Source of the DNA: Paraspadella gotoi
Lineage: Eukaryota > Animalia > Chaetognatha
Reading direction: 5' to 3'
Length of the DNA: 64,000 nucleotides
NCBI GenBank assembly: GCA_051294375.1
Contig: CM119266.1
Coordinates: forward strand, 13,121,972 to 13,185,971
Shown: positions 16,715 to 31,469 of the stretch, one piece after another
Layout of the letters: every line of letters begins with the position of its first letter
How positions within the stretch are numbered: position 1 is the first letter of the stretch
Notes under the pieces: generated by a model
The model's database searches: none
What the model was told of the DNA's origin: nothing
Seen by the model: the letters and a program-made list of their open reading frames with translations, nothing else
Program-made: the position numbers and the translations under genes

Positions 16715-19700
16715 CTTCTCCTCTTTTTCTCTCTATCTCTCTCTTTCCTCCGAGTTCTCGATTCTTTAAAGAAAAGAATCCGTATCCTGATTGGCTGAAC
16801 GAAATCGTCGACCTCGATCGCTCGAAGAGGACAGCCCCCTTCACGCACCGACGCGTATCTCAACTCGAGACGCGAGACTAATTCTTCATTTACGATCGGT
16901 GACGCTCCCGGGCGAAAAACCACGCCGTTCCATTGTGCGGTTTTCCAGTCGAGCGGGAATGAGGTGGGGGGAGATGGTTGTTTGGGGTGGGTTTTGGAAA
17001 GTAAATATGGGAAGCTGCGAAAGTAATGAACAGTTTGAAAAAGCGGCCTGTGGTAGATGGCAAAGTGAATTTATGAATACTTAACTAATTCTGATTAAAC
17101 CTGCAATATTTTTGAAAAATATAAAGTACTCAACTGATGTTGAATATTATTTTAAATTCATAAGAGACTAGCGAGCATTTAAACTACCTTTGGAACGGAT
17201 ATGATTCTGAATTTTCAAAACTTGCACGCGCTTTCTCGCTAAATATTCTCCATTGATCCTTTTTGACTCTCAGTTTCACTAGCCCTCCTTTTTTGACAAT
17301 CAATGGAAAAATATGTCGATAGAAAAAAGAGTCTCCAGCTGAAATTGTTCCCAACAGATTTCCAGCGACAATTCGCCTGGAAAATCCTTTAAAAATGACT
17401 TGAAATCATTCGTTAAATATTGAATGTTAATTGGTAATTATACTATTTTCATGAGCTCAACTAAGGCAACTACTTAACTTGCCTCGTTGAGAAAAATTGC
17501 GATGCAAGAAGAAAAAAGTTCTTATTGAAGCGAGAAATATTGAAAAATCTATTTGAATTTTCTTTTGGTTTCCAGATTTTTCTCTTTTCAACGCATTGTT
17601 GCTGGAATTTTTCCATTCGCGGATTTTCTATCCCGTTGCGGATTTGCAATTTCGCAAGAAAGTTTGAATTTACAAGATTAAACGAAACAGTGAAGGCCAG
17701 CAAGATCAGAATGGTTTGGAGTGATAGAAAGAATGAAAAAAAGAAAGAAAGAAGAAAGAAAAAAGAAAGAAAGAAAAAAGAAAAAGAAAGAAGAAAGAAA
17801 GAAAGAAGAAAAGAAGAAAGCAATGCAAGCAAGCAGCAAGCAAGCCCAAGCAAAAGCGAAAAGTTAAAAGAAAAGAAAACAGGCCAAGAAACGATTGTTC
17901 TCCATTTTTTTTTGTCTCCCTTCTTTTTCTTTTTTCGCTTTGTATCCGATTTTTGATTGTTATCAAATCGACTTGTCTCTCCTTCCGACAAGCTCTCTCT
18001 CCTCTAATCCTCCCCCCCCTTCCGGCAAAATCTTTTCTTCTCCGACTCAGACCCAATGTCTGCAATCGAGGTCCAATGGCGGCGGCCGAGGCGCGGGCAA
18101 GCGGCGAATAATGGTTGCCCGGCAACCGCCGCTTCGATAGCGCAATTTTTGCACGAATCCAGACCGCGAGTAACGGTAATGAAGTAACTCGCCCGAGCGC
18201 CCGAAGAAAAAAAGGGAGGAAAGGAAAAAAGAAAAGGAAATGAAAGGAAAAGTAAAGGTAAGGTAGAGGTAAAACGGGGAAAGAATAGCGTAAGTAACCG
18301 CTGCCTGCGTCTGAGAGGGAAACTTCGCTTCCGCCGGTATTTGACTCCTTCGGAGAAAATTGAGAGGCAATTAATACTTTTTTGTCAATTTGGAAAAGAG
18401 AATATATGACAAAGCACTTATGAGATTTTATAAAAATAAGAGAATAAAAAATTAAAAGTAATCATTGTTTTATATTTCGCATATGAATTATGAACCGACC
18501 AGGTTTTCAAGACTAGTGGGTGATCCAGAGTCAACTCTAAAAATATGAAATTTGTTAAAATATTTTATGCACCAGTAAAAATTTCATTACTTTGCAAAAT
18601 TTTTTTAAAAAAGTCAATTCGAACCCGACTCTTCCGCGCGCCATCGAAAATCGTGCTTCGATCCCCAAACCCGGCCGTCCGCCGGCGCGAAAACAAATAT
18701 CGCCTCAGATCGTAATATCCAATAAGAGAGTAATGTTGACTTTTCGATCTGTCTCTCTCTCTCTCATCTAATCTCTTCTCTCTCTCTCTCGTCTCTCTCT
18801 CTCTCTCTCTCTTCTCTCCTAGTCATCTCATCTCTCTCCTCCTTTCTCTCTTTTCTCTCTCTCTCTCACTCTCAGTCACTTCTCGCTCTCCTGTCTCTTT
18901 TCTCAACTTCCGCGCGAATTTTTTGTTGTGTGGAACGCGTTGTAACGGTCCGATCTCGACCAATCAGCGCGTCGTTCGTCGTCACTGATCGTCTTCCGCC
19001 AATGCGCGTCCGTTTGATCTCCCAATTCAGTCATCCGCGTGCTTAACCCGAACGCATTGCGCACTTTCGTGCCGTTACCACGAAACGCGACCGCCGACTC
19101 CTCATCCTCCTCATCCTCCCTTCACCCTCCTTCCACGCCCTCTTGGCGTCGCCGGGTAACGCACCACGTCTCTCTCCTCTTCTGCTCTCTTCATCTTCTC
19201 TCTCTTCTCTCTCTCTCCGCTCTCTCTCTCTCTCTCTCTCATCTCTCTCCTCTCAATTCTCTCTCTCTCTCTCAACGTGGCTTTTCGCACGTGCGTGGCA
19301 AATCCCGAAGTCTTGAGGTCGTTCGTCTTTGTCGTCGTCCGTCGTCGTCGTCTCACCCTCTTCTCTTTCAGCTCTGGTCGTCGGAAAACTTTCCTATTGC
19401 GCGCCATCATCGCCGTCGCAGCGCAAGAAGCGCTTCTCCGTTTGGTGATGACGACGATGACCGATGATGACGATGACGATAATAATGACGAGATGACGAT
19501 TAATGACTAAACACTGAAAAATAAAACAAAATTTGAATTATTATTTTAAAATTTCACGGTTTTTAAAGATGTAATTACGAATCAAAAAGGTTATAACATG
19601 ATACAATCGATCTTCATTAATTTAAAGAAATATTTTACTCCTTTTCTTCACAAAGTCGATTCAAACCGTTAGGCCTTATTTTAAATTATAAAAGGCAGCG

Positions 19701-19932
19701 GCAACTGAAATATAAACAAACTATTTTCCGAACCGGTGGAATCAACAAAAATTGATGTAAATAAAAACGAACCCAAATGTGCGGGAGCGTACACTGCCAA
19801 CACATCGACGAACTGCGGCATCAGAAAACCTGAAAAAATCGACCATAAAAAGAAAACAAAAGAAAAATTCAAACAATGAACAAAACTTTGATGAAAAGAA
19901 GCTTCACTTTTCTCTCTCTCCTCCTCTCTCCG

Positions 19933-19979
<47 letters not shown>

Positions 19980-21809
19980 CTCTCTCTCTCTCTCTTCTCT
20001 CTCTCTCTTCTCATCACTCGTTGTTTTAAATATCTAAACTTGGTTCCATATAAACCTTGATATCACTTCATGGTTGCCCATTGTGGCTTAAAAGGACACG
20101 TTTATAATGGAGCCATCACTTCAAAAAGTGAGTTAAAAAATTGTAGGTTCCATTACGACACCAAAAGTGTGAATACTGCGTCTATACGCAAAGTCAACAA
20201 AGGTTGCCGACGCTGCAAACGCTGCCGGGAGCTGCCGACTTTGCTTCCCGCTCGTCGAAAGTCGACGCCGCATCTTCCTCGAGGAAACGTAACGATGTCC
20301 GATCCTCGAGAGAAGAAACGAGAATTCCCTTTTCGTTGGATGTAGATTGTATGAATCGAATTTCGCGGTTTGGATTAAGTTCCGAACAACGGACATACAT
20401 AAACTCAAGATAACATGAATTGGTAAGCAGATAAAATCCCATGAAAATTGAACGTTGAACATTGCGCATTGGCATACCATAGAAGTACTATGTCAGGAGG
20501 CTTCTCTCGAGCTGATCATTGTACAACGGCGAATCCTGAAATCGACTGCGTTCTCGCTGAATCTTGTACTTTTTTCTCACTCAGAATATCTTCACGTGGC
20601 GCACTTAACAAGGTCCCAGAGAAGTCTCTGGCCCAAGCGCGACCACACCTTCCCCACAAGTTCAACCCACACGCTCGACCCAGTTTATCTCTCGACGGGA
20701 TAACTCCGAGCGGAGAAGTCGACGCTCGTGTCCTTTTCGGGTTTATCTTTCGTCGTCGACCTCTTGTCTTGTCGTTCGGAATGTCGTCGCGGTTGTCGGT
20801 TGTTGTTGTGATCGTCATCCTTGTCGAGGTTCAGTCACTAGAGACTTTAGATCAAATCACGTCGCATCTATGCATTTTTCGTGGGCGAGTTAGTTTAATT
20901 TGTCTTCCAGTCTGCGCGAAATTCTACTATCTAGGAAAAAAGTATATGACAATTTTTTAATAAAAGATATGTACCTCGAAACTTATTTCATTTAAAAAAA
21001 AAAAACAGATATATTTCAAATCTATAATGAATTTAATTTTGCAGTAGCTTATTCTATTTTGTTTGTAGGTCTAGAATCGTTTACGAAGTTACAAGCAAAA
21101 AAATGTTGTTTACGTTCAAATGAAAAATGGCGGAAAAAAAATTCAATTTATTACTATTTTTGGTAATTGTAATTAATTTTAGTTTTTATTTAAATAGAGT
21201 TAGTTTTTTTTTAATATTTTTTAATTTGGCATGCTAAAAGCCTTGCACCTCTTTCTGGTTCACAAAAAGTATTATTAGCTCTCAGAAAAGAAGGAAAGGA
21301 TGCGCCATATATTAATATCCGGGGCTCGAGAAATTGCATTAAATATTGAAAAACATTTCATGTCATACCTCAATTTGCTGTATAGAGCATACCAAGATAA
21401 TGAGGCAGGCAGCAGTTGATGCCGAGGAAGGGAATAACCCGTAATATGAGAATATTATCATGATGTTTTACCATTTTTATATATTTTTTATTGAATAAAT
21501 GAATTATGTCATATACTTTTTCCTAGATAGTACTCAACCAATTTCGGGCATTTTGGTCGTCGTTCATGAGACATTCTGTTAATTTCATTTTCAGCATAGT
21601 ATTTATTTAGATATTTCATCTACAGAAATGATGAAAAATATTGTAAACAGAACGCTACGTATTAAAATGTAGGTGTAAATCTCATTTCTTGAATAGATTA
21701 TTGTAGTTTACTAAAAAACACCTATCCACCAAAATCGTCAAGAAACTGCTAAAACGTCGAGCCTTCTTCCTCCGGATTACGCCAAGGTCGCACGAGCGGG
21801 TCGCGTAAA

Positions 21810-22196
21810 ACGTAACCCCGGACGCTACACAACGATAATCTCTCGTACAAATCTCCTCTCGGAATCTTTGGACGTGGAACTGGAAGCGACGGCCCGAACG
21901 CGTCAGCCGAAGCGACGTTCAACTGTTTGGACTCGTCCATGGCCTCGCGCAATTGTGCGTGCGTTTCTATTTTTAGACATGGACGTCCCTGACGTGATTA
22001 GGAGATACAGAAAAGATGCTGAAGCTTCTGACGCGGACGTTGTGCCACGAAGACTGCGGGACTTGCTGCGGCCAATGCGCTGCTAATTGCTGCGGTTAGA
22101 TGCTACGTATAGATGCTGCGGCAGCCGGTAAGCTCTTATGCAAATCCCGCGATGGCTCGGCTATGAATATCCCTTCGCGACCCTGAGAGCGCCTGA
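21810..22196 (+). CDS. Possible coding exon/ORF seen only in the three-copy consensus, unknown product
   Basis: Hand consensus with 7330-7720 and 24025-24390 (minus) gives an ~120-codon open frame (..SESLDVELEATAERVSRSDVQLLD..RRYRKDAEASDADVVPRRLRDLLRP..) with a CCG|GTAAGC donor at ~22128. GC-rich island in AT-rich flanks. Confidence 0.3.
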
Positions 22197-22213
22197 GTAT
22201 AGGAGCACCCGGC

Positions 22214-22274
<61 letters not shown>

Positions 22275-23927
22275 GAAGAGAGAGGAGAGAGAAGAGAGAG
22301 AAGAGAGAGAGAGAGTGAAATCAAACGAGTGATGGGGCGAGAGAGGAACTGCGTTGAAGGGAGGGTTGTGATTAGTTATTGTGGGCAATGGAGTCCTGCG
22401 CGGAAGAGGAAGAGGCGAGGAAAGTGAATAATAAGGGGGCTGGGCGAGGGGAGGGGGGCGAGCGACCTAATCTACTAGCGGGTTAATTTTCGAACGACTG
22501 TTGCGAAATTATCAGCGAGAGAAAGATGGAGAAGGATGGGGTAAATGATGGTGAAGGATGAGGGATGGAGATGGATAATGGAATGAGATAATTAAAAAAG
22601 TGGTTGAGATAAAATTATGATAGGAAAATAAGAAAAATGAGAAAAGGAGAAAAGGGTAATGTAGAGAGAGGGTGAAATTTGAAAATTTTTATTGAAACAT
22701 CAAAACATCAAACTTTAAAAAGAGTGTGAAAAATATATAAGTATAAAAATGTTGGGTAATATACGTATCGAAACTTGTGCAGAGAGAAAATAACGAATTA
22801 TCTTAAGCTATTTTTTTATTATTTCAGACCACGAAAATGATTATTTGTGGTTATATATATGTAATATATATATGTATATATATATATATGTGTGTATGTA
22901 TGTTTTTTCTCATTCCCTTTTTCTCGAATTCATCCTTCCAAATGAAAGAGCTCCATCTCTCGCTCGTCATTAAAACCGTCTGGCTTTTTTCTTTTGGCCT
23001 CCGATGACTCCGCTGAACCTTTGAGCGGATCCAAATTATTGGCTACTGGGATATTTTTGGGTAATTTGGGGCGGATTGTAACGATTGGGGAAATTGGGGC
23101 GATTGTGACGGTGCAGTAATAAAAATGATACCAATTTCATAAGAGAAATTTTAAACTTTCATAAAATAACCGCCCCAATTACCCCAAAAATATCCCAGTA
23201 GCCCAATAATTTGGATCCGCTCAAAGGTTCAGCGGAGTCATCGGAGGCCAAAAGAAAAAGCCAGACGGTTTTAATGACGAGCGAGAGATGGAGCTCTTCA
23301 TTTGGAAGGATGAATTTCGAGAAAAGGGAATGAGAAAAAACATACATACACACATATATATATATATACATATATATACATATATATAACCACAAATAAT
23401 CATTTTCGTGTCTGAATAATAAAAAAATACTTAAGATAATTCGTTATTTTCTCCTGCACAATGTTTCGATACGTATATTACCCAACATTTTTATACTTAT
23501 ATTTTTCACACTCTTTTAAAGTTTGATGTTTGATGTTTCAATAAAAATTTTCAAATTTCACCTCTCTCTACATTACCCTTTCTCCTTTTCTCATTTTTCT
23601 TATTTTCCTCATCATATTTTATCTCAACCACTTTTTAAATTATCTCATCCATTATCCATCTCCATCCCTCATCCTTCACCATCATTTACCCCATCCTCTC
23701 TCCATCTTTCTCCGCTGAATAATTCGCAACATCGTTCGAAATTAACCCGCTAGTAGATTAGGTCGCTCGCCCCCCTCCCCTCGCCCAGCCCCCTTATTAT
23801 TCACTTTCCTCGCCTCTTCCTCTTTCCGCCTAGGACTCCATATGCCACAATAACTAATCACCAACCCTCCCTTCAACGCAGTTCCTCTCTCGCCCCATCA
23901 CTCGTTTGATTCACTCTCTCTCTCTCT

Positions 23928-23984
<57 letters not shown>

Positions 23985-26279
23985 TCTCCTCTCTCTCTCT
24001 CCTTCGCCGGGTGGCTCCTATACTCAGGTCGCTCTCAGGGTCGCGAAGGATATTCATAGCCGAGCCATCGCGGATTTGCATAAGAGCTTCCGGCTGCCGG
24101 CAGCATCTATCGTAGCATCTACCGCAGCATTAGCAGCAGCATTGGCCGCAGCAAGTCCCGCAGTCTTCGTGGCACAACCGTCCGCGTCAGAAGCTTCAGC
24201 ATCTTTTCTGTATCTCTAATAGTCAGGACGTCCATGTCTAAAAATAGAACGGCCGCACAATTGCGCCGAGGCCATGGAGCGTCCAACAGTTAACGTCGCG
24301 TTCGGCTGACGCGTTCGGCCGTCGCTTCCAGTTCCACGTCCCAAAGATTCCGAGAGGAGATTTGTACGAGAGATTATCGTTGGTAGCGTCCGGGTTACGT
24401 TTTACGGCGACCCGCTCGTGCGACTTGGCGTAATCCGGGAGGAAGAAGGCGCGACGGTTTTTACGAGTTTCTGACGATTTTTTTGGTGGTAGGGTTTTTT
24501 TAGTACTACAATAATCTATTCAAAGAAATGAGATTTACACCTACATTTTAATACGTAGCGTCTCTTTTACAATATTTTTCATCATTTTGTAGATGAAATA
24601 TCTAAATAAATACTATGCTGAAAATGAAATTTAACAGTAATGTCCTATGAACGACGACCAAAATGCCCGAAATTGGTGAAGTACTATCTAGGAAAAAAGT
24701 ATATGACATAATTCATTTATTCAATAAAAAGTATATAAAACATGGGTAAAACATCATGATAATATTCTCAATATTAGGTATTCCCTTCCTCGGCATCAAC
24801 TGCTGCCTGCCTTTATCTTGGTATGCTCTTATACAGCAAATTGAGGTATGACAGTGAAATGTTTTTCAATATTTTTAACGCAATTCTTCGCAGCCCCGAT
24901 ATTAATATATGCGCATCTTTCCTTCTTTTCTGAGAGCTATAATAATACTTTTTTGAACCAGAAAGAGGTGCAAGGCTTTTAGCATTGCCAAATTAAAAAA
25001 ATATTAAAAAAATAACTAACTCTATTTAAAATAAAAATAAATAATTAAATACCAAAAATAGTAGTAAATTGAATTTTTTTTTCTCGCCATTTTTCATTTG
25101 AAGTAACAACATTTTTTTGCTTGTAACTTCTAAACGATTTGACCTACAAAAAAATAGAAGTAAGCTACTGAAAATAAATTCAATATAGATTTGGAAATAT
25201 TCTGTTTTTTTTTTAAATGAAATAAGTTTTCGAGTACATATCTTTTATTAAAAATGTCATATACTTTTTTCCTAGATAGTAGAATTTCGCGCAGCACTGA
25301 AGACAAATTAAACTAAACTCGCCCACGAAAAATGCAATGATGCGACGTTGATTTGATCTAAAGTCTCTAGTGACGACCTCGACAAGGATGACGATGACAA
25401 CAACAACGACAACCGCGACGACATTCGAAGACAAGACGAAGAGGTCGACGACGAGATAAACCCCGAAAGACACGAGCGTCGACTTCTCCGCTCGGAGTTA
25501 ATCCCCGTCGAGAGATAAATGGGTCGAGCGTGTGGGTGAAACTTGTGGGTGGAACGTGTGGGTCGCGTGTGGGCCAGAGACTTTTCTGGGAGCCTCTTGT
25601 TAGTGCGAAGGCGTGAAGATATTCTGAGCTGAGAAAAAAGTACAAGATTCAGAGAACGCAGTCGATGTTAGGATTCGCCGTTGTTACAATTGATAGCTGA
25701 GAGAAGCCGCCTGACATAGTACTTTATGGTATGCACAATGCGCAATGTTCAACGTTCAATTTTCATGGGATTTTATCGTTACCAATTCAATGTTATCTTT
25801 GAGTATGTATGTCCGTGTCGGGAACTTAATCCAAACCGCGAAATTCGATTCTACAATCTACATCCAACGAAAAGGGAATTCTCGTTTCTTCTCTCGAGGA
25901 TCGAACATCGTTACGTTTCCCTCGAGAAGATGGCGGCGTCGACTTCGAGAGCGGAAGCAAAGTCGGCAGCGTCGGCAGCGTTTGCAGCGTCGGCAACCTT
26001 TGTTGACTTTGCGTAGAGACGCAGTATTCACACTTTTGGTGTCGTAATGGAAACCTACAATTTTTAACTCACTTTTTGAAGTGATGNNNNNNNNNNNNNN
26101 NNNNNNNNNNNNNNNNNNNNNNNNNNNNNNNNNNNNNNNNNNNNNNNNNNNNNNNNNNNNNNNNNNNNNNNNNNNNNNNNNNNNNNNNNNNNNNNNNNNN
26201 NNNNNNNNNNNNNNNNNNNNNNNNNNNNNNNNNNNNNNNNNNNNNNNNNNNNNNNNNNNNNNNNNNNNNNNNNNNNNNN

Positions 26280-26314
<35 letters not shown>

Positions 26315-27389
26315 TGAAAGCTCTTTTCATCAAAGCTTTTGTTCATTGTTTGAATTTTTCTTTTGTTTCTATTTATGTCGATTTTTTCAGGTTTTCTGAT
26401 GCCGCAGTTCGTCGATGTTGCAGTGTTGTACGCTCCCGCACATTGGGCTTCGTTTTTATTACATCAATTTTGCTGATTCCACCGGGGTTCGGAAAATAGT
26501 TTGTTTTATATTCAGTTTGCCGCTGCTTTTATAATTTAAAATAAGCCTTAACGGTTTGAATCGACTTTGTTGAAGAAAGGAGTAAAATATTTCTTTAATA
26601 TAATGAAGATCGATTGTATCATGTTATAACCTTTTTGATTCGTAATTACATCTTTAAAACCGTGAAAATTTTAAAATATAATCAAATTTTGTTTTATTTT
26701 CAGTGTTTAGTCATTATCGTCATCTTCGTCATTATTATCGTCATCGTCATCATCGTCATCGTCGTCATCATCCAAACGGAGAGACGCTTCTTGCGCTGCG
26801 ACGGCGAGATGGCGCGAATGGGAAAGTTTCCGTGACAGAGCTGAAAGAGAAGAGGGTGGGACGACGACGACGCGACGACGACCAAGACGACGACCTCAAG
26901 ATTCGGGATTTTGCCGACGTTGCGAAAAAAAGCCACGTTGAGAAGAAGAGAGAGAGAGAGAGAGAGAGCAGTGGAGAAGAGAGAGAGAGGAGTAGTGGTC
27001 CCAGTATCTAAACGGGAGACGACGACGAGAGGAGAGAAGATGAAAGAGAGAGAAGAGAGAGAGAGAGAGAGACGTGAGTGCCGTTACCCGGCGCGACGCC
27101 AAGGCGTGAAAGGCGGCTGTGGAAGAGGTAAGGAGGATGAGGAGGATGAGGAGCGGCGGTCGCTGTTCCGTGTGTAACGGCCACGAAAGCGGCATTGCGT
27201 CGGGTTAAGCGACGCGGTATGACCGATGTATTGGAGGATCAAACGTGGACGCGCATTGGCGGAAAGACGATTCAGTGACGCGACCGAAACGCGCTGATTG
27301 GTCGACGGATCGGACGTTACAACGCGTTCCACACAACAAAATTCGCGCGAGAGTGAGAAAGAGACAGGGAGAGCGAGAAGTGAGAGAGT

Positions 27390-27425
<36 letters not shown>

Positions 27426-28384
27426 TGAGATGAGAAAAACGAGATGAGAGAGGAGACGAGAGAGAGAGAGAGAGAGACAGTCGAAAAAGTCAACATTACT
27501 CTCTTAATTGGATATTCGATCTGAGGCGATATTTGTTTTCGCGCCGGCGGACGGCGCGGTTGGGGATCGAAGCACGATTCGTGGCGCGCGGAAGAAGTCG
27601 GTTCGATGACTTTTTAAAAAAAATTTGCCAAAGTAATGAAATTTTTACTGGTGCATAAAAATATTTTAAAAATTTCATATTTTTAGAGTTGACTCTGGAT
27701 CACACTAGTCTTGAAAAACCTGTCGGTTCATAATCATATGAAATATAAAACAATGATTACTTTTAATTTTTATTCTCTTATTTTTATAAATCTCATAAGT
27801 GCTTGTCATATATTCTTCTTTTCCAAATTGACAAAAAAGTATTAATTGCTCTCAATTTTCTCCGAAGAGTCAAATACCGCGGAAGCAAGTTTCCCTCTCA
27901 GAACCGCCAGCAGCGGTTACTTACCTTTCTTCCCCGTTTTCCTCTACCTTTACCTTTACTTTTCCTTTCATTCCTTTTCTTTTTCCTTTCCTCCCTTTTT
28001 TCTTCGGCGCTCGGGCGGTTTACTTCATTACCCCGTTACTCGCGGTCTGATTCGATGCAAATTGCGCCATTATCGAAGCGGCGGTTGCCGGGCAACCATT
28101 TTCGCCGCTGCCGCCGCCGTCGGCCGCCGCCATTGGACCTCGATTGCAGACATTGGCTCTGAGTCGGAGAAAGAAAAGATTTGCCCGGAAGGGGGGGGGG
28201 AGGAGTGGAGGAGAGAGAGCTTCGTCGGAAGGGAGAGAAAGTCGATTTTGATAACAATCAAAAATCGGATACAAAGACGAAAAAGAAAAGAGGGAGACAA
28301 AAAAGGAGAACAATCGTTTCTTGCCTGTTTTCCTTTTCTTTTAACTTTTTCGCTTGCTTGCTTGCTTGCTTGCTTGCTTGCATG

Positions 28385-28455
<71 letters not shown>

Positions 28456-29490
28456 TTTTTTCATTCTTTCTATCACTCCAAACATCTGATCTTCTGCCTC
28501 ACTGTTTCGTTTAATCTTTAAATTCAAACTTTCTTGCGAAATTGCAAATCGCAACGGGATAGAAAAATCGCGAATGGAAAAATTCGCAGCAACGAAATGC
28601 GTTGAAAAGAGAAAATTGGAAACCAAAGAAAATTCAAATAGATTTTCAATATTTTCGCTTCAATAGAACTTTTTTTTCTTCTTGCATCGATTTTTCTCAA
28701 CGAGGCCAAGTTAAAGTATGTTCGGCCTTAGTTGACTATGAAATAGTATAATTACCAAATTAACATCAATATTTAACGAATAGATTTCAGATAATTTTTA
28801 AAGGATTTCCCAGGCGAATTGTCGCTGGCATCTGTGGGAACAATTTCAGCTGGAGACGTCTTTTTTCTATCGACAGATTTTTTCCATTGATGTCAAAAAA
28901 AGGGGGGGCAGTGAAACTGAGAGTCAAAAAAAGGATCAATGGAGAATATTTTTAGCGAGATAGCGCGTGCAAGTATGAAAAATTCAGAATCATATCCATT
29001 CCAAAGGTTTAGTTAAATTGCTCGCTAGTCTCTATGATTTAAAATAAAATATTCAACATCAGTTGAGTACTTATATAATATATATTTTTAAAAAATATTG
29101 GCAGACTTTAATCAGAATTAGTTAATATTCACTAAATTCACTTTGCCATCTACCACAGGCCGCATTTTTCAAAACGTTCATTACTTTCGCGCTTCCATAT
29201 TTACTTTTCCAAAACCCACCCCAAACAACCATCTCCCCCCAACCTCATTCCCGCTCCGACTGAAACCGCACAATGGAACGGCGTGGGTTTTTCGCCCGGG
29301 AGCGTCACCGATCGTAAATGAAGAATTAGTCTCGCGTCTCGAGTTGAGAATACGCGTCGGTGCGTGAAGGGGGCGTGTCCTCTTCGGAGCGATCGAGGTC
29401 GACGATTCGTCAGCCAATCAGAGATCACGGATTCTTTTCTTTAAAAGAATCGAGAACTCGGAGGGAAGAGAGAGAGAGAGAGAGAGAAAA

Positions 29491-29527
<37 letters not shown>

Positions 29528-30236
29528 CTCGTTGGCTGGCGGTCGGGTTCACGCGCCAACTGAGTTCATGGACTCTTGCCACGGGACATTGGGCGAACGT
29601 TAGGAGAAAGATGTGGGACTAACTCAGTTTTGTGTTGGAAAAGGATGGGAGGATTTTGGCAAAGAAGATAAGTAACAAACTAGTAGAATTAGACTAAATA
29701 TTAATAAAGATGCCGTCAAGTTCACGAATTTTGTGATTTAGAACACTAATTTTGTCACTCTCACAGTTTTCTTGGATAATTTGTATTAGAAAAAAGCCAA
29801 TCCACTAGAGCTTTCATCCAAAAAAATATCAGGTAAAACCGAAATTTACTGGAACCAAATTTCAAAATAAAAAAGTCAAGGAAGATCGACGCCATCTTGT
29901 TTCCCTTTTTTTTTTTAATTAATCGCTTCTCGTTAAAAAAAAAAGGGAAGCGACGGTTGGAGTTTAATTCTAATCCCGAATTCATTGTCGTCGTAAATTC
30001 TCGTCGCCTCGATGCGGTCGTCTCTTTAGAGAAGCTTCAATATGTCTGTTTCACTCTCAATGGGGTTGGGGCAGCGCGATATTAGGCCAGAGAGAAAATG
30101 CTTTCTATGTTTCCATCAAATTGTTGCAGCCTTGTTAATTTTTCGGTCCTTTTACATGGCTTAATAATAAAATGGTCTTTACAGTCTCTAGCATCAATGC
30201 ATTTCGGTAAAATTTTTACAATTGCAACATAGAGAA

Positions 30237-30308
30237 GCGTCAGTGGTGTAAATGGTTAGCATAGTTGCTTCCAGCAGTTGAGTCGGGGTTCGATTCCCTG
30301 CTGACGCA
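30237..30308 (+). tRNA. tRNA-Gly(TCC), with indels (sequencing error or pseudogene)
   Basis: Acceptor stem GCGTCAG/CTGACGC-A, box A TGGTGTAAATGG, box B GGTTCGATTCC, anticodon arm GTTGC-TTCCA-GCAGT (5-nt loop instead of 7), and a TTTT terminator at 30317-30320. Confidence 0.8.
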
Positions 30309-30530
30309 ACGCCAACTTTTACATTAATATTAGAGTTGTTTAAAAAAATTGAGTATTCATCTCTACGATTTCACGCGCACGCTATTGCAATCCAATTTTA
30401 AATCAATGTTTCCTTTTCTAACATTTTTTTTGGTCCCCGCTGCAATCAAACCCCGAAACTCCAGGCTCCGCCTCCACACCTGATCCCTGCTTCTGTCTCA
30501 CCGACCAGGGCGTTCGAAGCGTGTGAACGA

Positions 30531-30586
30531 CCAATCGGGAGACACGTGAGGCGATGATGAGACGTCACGAAAACGTTTGACGTCAG
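30531..30586. promoter_or_regulatory. Cluster of CCAAT box, E-box (CACGTG) and CRE-like sites (GACGTCA, TGACGTCA)
   Basis: Four motif matches within ~55 bp. Target gene not identified. Confidence 0.35.
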
Positions 30587-30631
30587 AACGAACCATCATG
30601 GATAAGTTTTTGTTCCTAACTTTTCTCCCCC

Positions 30632-30739
<108 letters not shown>

Positions 30740-31469
30740 CTGCCCTTCTACCTTTTTCTCGCGCCTTGCTTCGTATTTATTGCGCGCCATAAAAGCCAAT
30801 TTCCATTGAACGCCTCATCAATCACGCCGTCACCGGTGCCGGGCGGGGCGGTCCAACGGGGGGCGCCGGTGACAGCGAGAGTGTCGGCGATGGTAGCAGA
30901 AGTTGTAGCGGCATTATCGGCGCCGAAGGAAGCGGTGGAAGGTAAGCCGAGGTGGTTCAGTTGCGGTGAAGGATATTTCCATTCACTGTCACGCAAAACT
31001 TTCAAAATCGTGGAAAAGGTAAGGTTGAAAGTAGGAGTGGAATAAGAGGTCCGCTTATAGAACACTGTAGTACGAGAGTAAAAAGCGAAACACGAATTGT
31101 CCCAGGTAAAAAAAAAAGAGGGAGTCTTGCGAGCGAATTGAATTTTTATGTCGCTTTTTTTTTTTCGGCACAAAATTTGTTTTGGTTTTCGTGTGTCTCG
31201 CTCTTCGCTTCGTCTCATGGCAAAAAAGAATAACATAATTTTTAAAATTTATTTAATGTATCATATCACGAGTTACTTAAGAAAGTAACTAATTTTATCA
31301 CTAAGGCAACACGGCTTCACAGATAAGGCAAAAAAAAAAGACTACATCTAATTCGTGAAAAATACAATACGAACTAGTAGAAAAAAAAAGAAAAAAAAGA
31401 AAGATTTTGATTAATGAGTTTTTTTATTTCAATAAACGCTTTTCTTCGAAGATTTTCATCCGTCACTTT

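Larger units (their letters stand above)
15011..29645. repeat. Giant imperfect inverted repeat: left arm 15011-23169, right arm 23170-29645
   Basis: 15020-15135 is the reverse complement of 29525-29645, and 16741-19910 of 26290-29470. The turnaround at ~23169 is asymmetric, with ~100 bp unpaired. Confidence 0.95.

Noticed and set aside
30748-31236. GC-rich overlapping ORFs downstream of the motif cluster
   Set aside because: No recognisable domain, ambiguous strand and no partner exons.
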